Of a stretch of DNA of 64,000 nucleotides, positions 59,919 through 64,000 are shown piece after piece; position 1 is the stretch's first letter, and every line of letters begins with the position of its first letter. The notes under the pieces were generated by a model. The model was not told the DNA's origin and searched no databases. It saw nothing but the letters and a program-made list of their open reading frames with translations. The translations under genes and the position numbers were made by a program. The stretch spans positions 239,568,001 through 239,632,000 of the forward strand of contig OZ024743.1 of the NCBI GenBank assembly GCA_964016885.1, in the 5' to 3' direction. The DNA is from Eledone cirrhosa (lineage: Eukaryota).

Positions 59919-60184
59919 CAAACATATATATGATATTGATATCATATAGTTATGATATTGATATTTGACAGTGTTATACGATACGAGAACAGCCGGTCTG
60001 TTGGTGTTTAAGTTACTACGAACGTTGTTTATAATTACGTAGTATTGTTACATGGAATCAGTAAAGCAGATGGCATATTGTCTTTGGGATGGATAAACGG
60101 TAAGCGTTCACCTATGATGTAATAGATGTAATCATCGGACCTCTTGAGAGGGTTTATCCTATTTTCTGCCTCAGACTAGTGTTC

Positions 60185-60232
<48 letters not shown>

Positions 60233-60381
60233 GTGTGTACGTCAATACTCATCTTTTTCCATTTATCTGAGAGTTCTAAACCCCATTAACAGACTAAAAT
60301 GTCTTTAGTCAAAAAATAAGGTGAAAGCGATTCTATTTTCTAATTTCAAACCTGCTCACTGTTTCAAAACATATTTACTTA

Positions 60382-60412
<31 letters not shown>

Positions 60413-60807
60413 TTATTATTTATTTTGGTTTTGACCTGTTTAGCTTGTTTTGGTTTTTGGCTTGGGTGGTTAATGCTTTCTTGGCCACCTTTTCAGTTTT
60501 GTATGGCTTCTTAACACATTGTTTAGCTCTGGTTTTTAACTATTGAACCAGTATCATTTCTGATTTTTGCGTTTCGCTTCGCTTTTCCAGCCAGCCGAAA
60601 ATGCGATTATCGCTGAATCTTTATTTGTATATATATATATATATATAGAGGGAGAGAGAAGTACAGACATAGATATCACCTATGATTGAACACATATCTC
60701 TCTATGTGTACTTTTCTCTATATGCTGATTCATAAAGAACCTGGAATCATCTCCATGAGCTCATTAAATCATAAGGGATAAATGAGAGTCTTTCAGTCCG
60801 TTTTTTA

Positions 60808-60912
<105 letters not shown>

Positions 60913-61119
60913 AGAGGATTAAAGTTGTTGGCTATCAGTTTAGGTTTACGATAAAGTTACATTTGTATATATAACCAACAGAAGTAACAGAGACCGCAAA
61001 AATGTGTATATATAAATTTACACGTAAACATGTCAAATAAACGTATTTCCATGTAACAGAAAAAATTGATAGTCAACCTCATTATGTCTTCAGTCATATA
61101 TATATAAGTTTATCCTGAG

Positions 61120-61247
61120 GTCAATCGACGGTAACCACAGTAAGTAAGGTACTCAATACAAGGCAGAGTGTAAATATTTAATATAGAAACGGACTATGAT
61201 TTCTCCCGAATGAAACAGTTTTAGTCCTGTCGAAGCCTTTTCTATAT

Positions 61248-61250
<3 letters not shown>
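61120..61250. mobile_element. Family D head-to-head insert (decayed)
   Basis: Antisense tail then ATGATTTCTCCCGAATGAAACAGTTTTAGTCCTGT. Confidence 0.7.
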
Positions 61251-61279
<29 letters not shown>

Positions 61280-61713
61280 TTTCGTTTGTGAATTTTCTTA
61301 GCAAGATTCTTTATCTGAAAACGGGTGTTGAAACCGATATTGTCATGCTTTGGGAGGGTCATGTTGCCAATAAGAAACACACGCACCAGTTGCTTTCACT
61401 CCAATTTATTATATATTAAATTTATAAATTTCCGGTTGGTTGATTCCATAACCGGACGGTTGTTCATATATTGTCAAAGTTCTTTCGTCAGACATTATGT
61501 GACCCCTTCAGTGACTGGGGATTCTTTTCTTTGTTGTGTGCCTCTCCTTTGTTCTGTCCTACGCCATCTTGTTTTTGTGTGTGTTGTGTGCTTAGTTTGC
61601 TTATGTGTTACATCCGAGTGTCTGTGTGTGTTTTTATATGTTTATTTATTTGTTTATTTACATGTTACTTGTTGGTTGTTTGTTCTATGTGTGTGTGTGT
61701 TTTCATTTTGTCT
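61280..61713 (-). mobile_element. 3' UTR/pLTR of the adjacent PLE (family C) with decayed HHR at about 61473-61515
   Basis: Aligns with 22381-22690; core reads CTGAAGG. Confidence 0.85.
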
Positions 61714-62320
61714 TTAATTGTAAGTTGTGATGTTGCTGTTCCATTCATGTTTTCTATTTAATTTTGGTTGGAGTTAATTTATGTTTATTGCCTCTGTGAT
61801 TTGTCTAAACATTGCATCTTTTCTGTGTGTAGATTCTATTTTTATTTCTATGTTCTCTAATTTGCCCTTATGTTCTATTTTAGCATGTTGGTGAAGTACT
61901 GATGATTCTTTTTTATCTTGAAATTCTCGCCAGTGTTCATTTAACCGTGCTCCTATACTACGAGCTGTCTCACCTATGTACACTATATTCTTATCTTTAC
62001 ATTGTCCTTCAGTACATCTTATGCTATATACTACATTTCTAGTTTTACAGTTAAGATGGGGGCTTAGTTTACAGATTATGCATTTCTTATCTATATAGGG
62101 AGGTCTTTGAAAAGGGTATGTATTGCTAATACGTGTTTTTATGGAGGTACCTGGTCTTTCTACTATCTTAATATTAAGTTTATATTTATCTAGGGCCCTT
62201 CTAAATTTGTAAGCTAATTCACCTCTAGGGGTTGTATTGACGAACATTACACTCTGGTATTTATTGCTATCCTACCATGAGTTTATTCTATTAACCTTAT
62301 TTCTAGTTCTTTCTATTCTC
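61714..62320 (-). pseudogene. 5'-truncated Penelope-like element ORF: linker plus GIY-YIG endonuclease (tentatively Nematis-like)
   Basis: W*..SVMFVNTTPRGEL..KIVERPG..CIIC..C..NVVYSIRC..C..VYIGETARS..RLNEH..SVLHQH..H..RQITEAININ*LQPKLNRKHEW; two in-frame stops. Confidence 0.9.
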
Positions 62321-62400
62321 TATATATATAAAGGATAAACTTGAACCGTTAAGGTATCATTCCTGGCTATGTCAATATTTATAGAACAAACTTCGTATTT

Positions 62401-62453
62401 TTATCTGATGAGTGCGTACCAAAGTGTTGGTACCCTTGAAATATATATAATAG
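62401..62453 (+). ncRNA. Minimal type I HHR (family A copy 62335-62497)
   Basis: TTAT-CTGATGA-GTGCGTACCAA..TTGGTACCCTT-GAAA-TATATAT-A-ATAG. Confidence 0.7.
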
Positions 62454-62522
62454 TATAAATATGGTTTTATGAATATAGTTTCCATTTATTAGTATGATAT
62501 ATATATATATATATATATATAC

Positions 62523-62552
<30 letters not shown>

Positions 62553-62558
<6 letters not shown>

Positions 62559-62634
62559 CGTATTTAAGAAAGCCACAACAATGCAGAGGGAAATTTCCCT
62601 CTGCATTGTTGTGGCTTTCTTAAATACGTATTTT
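62553..62634. repeat. Perfect 82-bp palindrome in a (TA)n-flanked insert
   Basis: AAAATACGTATTTAAGAAAGCCACAACAATGCAGAGGGAAA|TTTCCCTCTGCATTGTTGTGGCTTTCTTAAATACGTATTTT. Confidence 0.92.
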
Positions 62635-62672
62635 ACACATTTCACAATGCTTCAAGCAAACTTTAACACCCT

Positions 62673-62705
<33 letters not shown>

Positions 62706-62712
<7 letters not shown>

Positions 62713-64000
62713 GAAACACACAGATACACGCGGACACACACATATATACATGAATGCATCCGCACCCAACTGTGAGTTAAGGGTGCCAACTTCACCGATG
62801 TTGCTCAATGAATAACCGGGACAGACCAATTCAGTTGAACTAGACTGAACCAGTATCAGAGTTAAAAATACATTATGAAGAGAGAAGAAACATTTAGATA
62901 TAATTAGTAATAAAATGTATCATACCTAAACTGCTCCTAAATTCCTCGACTACGTAGTTTCGTGGGGTAAACAAAAACAATATATCATAAAGATATAGAG
63001 TCCCTGCGAGGTCTGCCGACTTATCAAGAGGATGCCTCATTTTACTAGTCTCAAGAACGCGTCTACACGACGTGAAAAAGAATCCCAAAAGGCGGAGGGG
63101 GAGATAGTCACGCGATATAACGGTCGAGAAACAGAGCTAAGCCTCTTATAACCACGAAGAAAATACCACAGAGGCGAAGGGGGTATTCATATCGAGGCCG
63201 CAGAAGAGGTGGTGAAGAAGGCTAGAAGTATGAGTAATGGAAGCTTTCCAGTTGTCCCCACACCTCAAAGATTGCTCGACCAGAGGGAGTTATTAACAAT
63301 ATATTTAGAAACACACAGATACACGCGGACACACACATATATACATGAATGCATCCGCACCCAACTGTGAGTTAAGGGTGCCAACTTCACCGATGTTGCT
63401 CAATGAATAACCGGGACAGACCAATTCAGTTGAACTAGACTGAACCAGTATCAGAGTTAAAAATACATTATGAAGAGAGAAGAAACATTTAGATATAATT
63501 AGTAATAAAATGTATCATACCTAAACTGTTCCTAAATTCCTCGACTACGTAGTTTCGTGGCATAAACAAAAACAATATATCATAAAGATATAGAGTCCCT
63601 GCGAGGTCTGCCGACTTATCAAGAGGATACCTCATTTTACTAGTCTCAAGAACGCGTCATCGGTGAAGTTGGCACCCTTAACTCACAGTTGGGTGCGGAT
63701 GCATTCATGTATATATGTGTGTGTCCGCGTGTATCTGTGTGTTTCTAAATATATTGTTAATAACTCCCTCTGGTCGAGCAATCTTTGAGGTGTGGGGACA
63801 ACTGGAAAGCTTCCATTACTCATACTTCTAGCCTTCTTCACCACCTCTTCTGCGGCCTTGATATGAATACCCCCTCCGCCTCTGTGGTATTTTCTTCGTG
63901 GTTATAAGAGGCTTAGCTCTGTTTCTCGACCGTTATATCGCGTGACTATCTCCCCCTCCGCCTTTTGGGATTCTTTCTCACGTCGTGTAGACGCGTTCTT
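62706..64000. mobile_element. Retrozyme-like insert M: about 1.6 tandem copies of a 595-bp HHR unit (minus) joined head-to-head to a permuted plus-strand copy
   Basis: TAGAAACACACAGAT at 62711 and 63306; inversion junction at 63658; runs off the window. Confidence 0.8.
62943..63032 (-). ncRNA. Type I HHR with U3-A8 core (second copy at 63538-63627)
   Basis: TCCTC-TTGATAA-GTCGGCA...TGCCAC (copy 2)-GAAA-CTACGTAGT-C-GAGGA; GUC triplet; palindromic stem III. Confidence 0.78.

Overview
AT-rich, microsatellite-saturated eukaryotic non-coding DNA. It is probably an octopus/cephalopod genome, inferred from its abundant tRNA-derived SINE. No intact host CDS can be supported, and almost all listed ORFs are translations of (TA)n, (CA)n, (GA)n, (GGT)n or (TATG)n. 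The real content is retroelement-derived: (i) decayed GIY-YIG endonuclease ends of at least three different Penelope-like elements (PLEs), plus CRE-like and RTE LINE fragments and many SINEs; (ii) about 28 type I hammerhead ribozyme (HHR) motifs, folded by eye and belonging to roughly 15 unrelated sequence families, nearly all in short inserts within (TA)n tracts and often arranged as head-to-head fold-back palindromes; (iii) three non-coding, HHR-bearing units of about 474, 498 and 595 bp present as >1 tandem, circularly permuted copies plus an inverted arm. The last is the signature expected of retrozyme-like circular or multimeric RNAs copied into the genome by PLE machinery. Two HHR families carry a compensatory U3-A8 core variant. 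A possible promoter/first exon lies near 57.7-57.9 kb.
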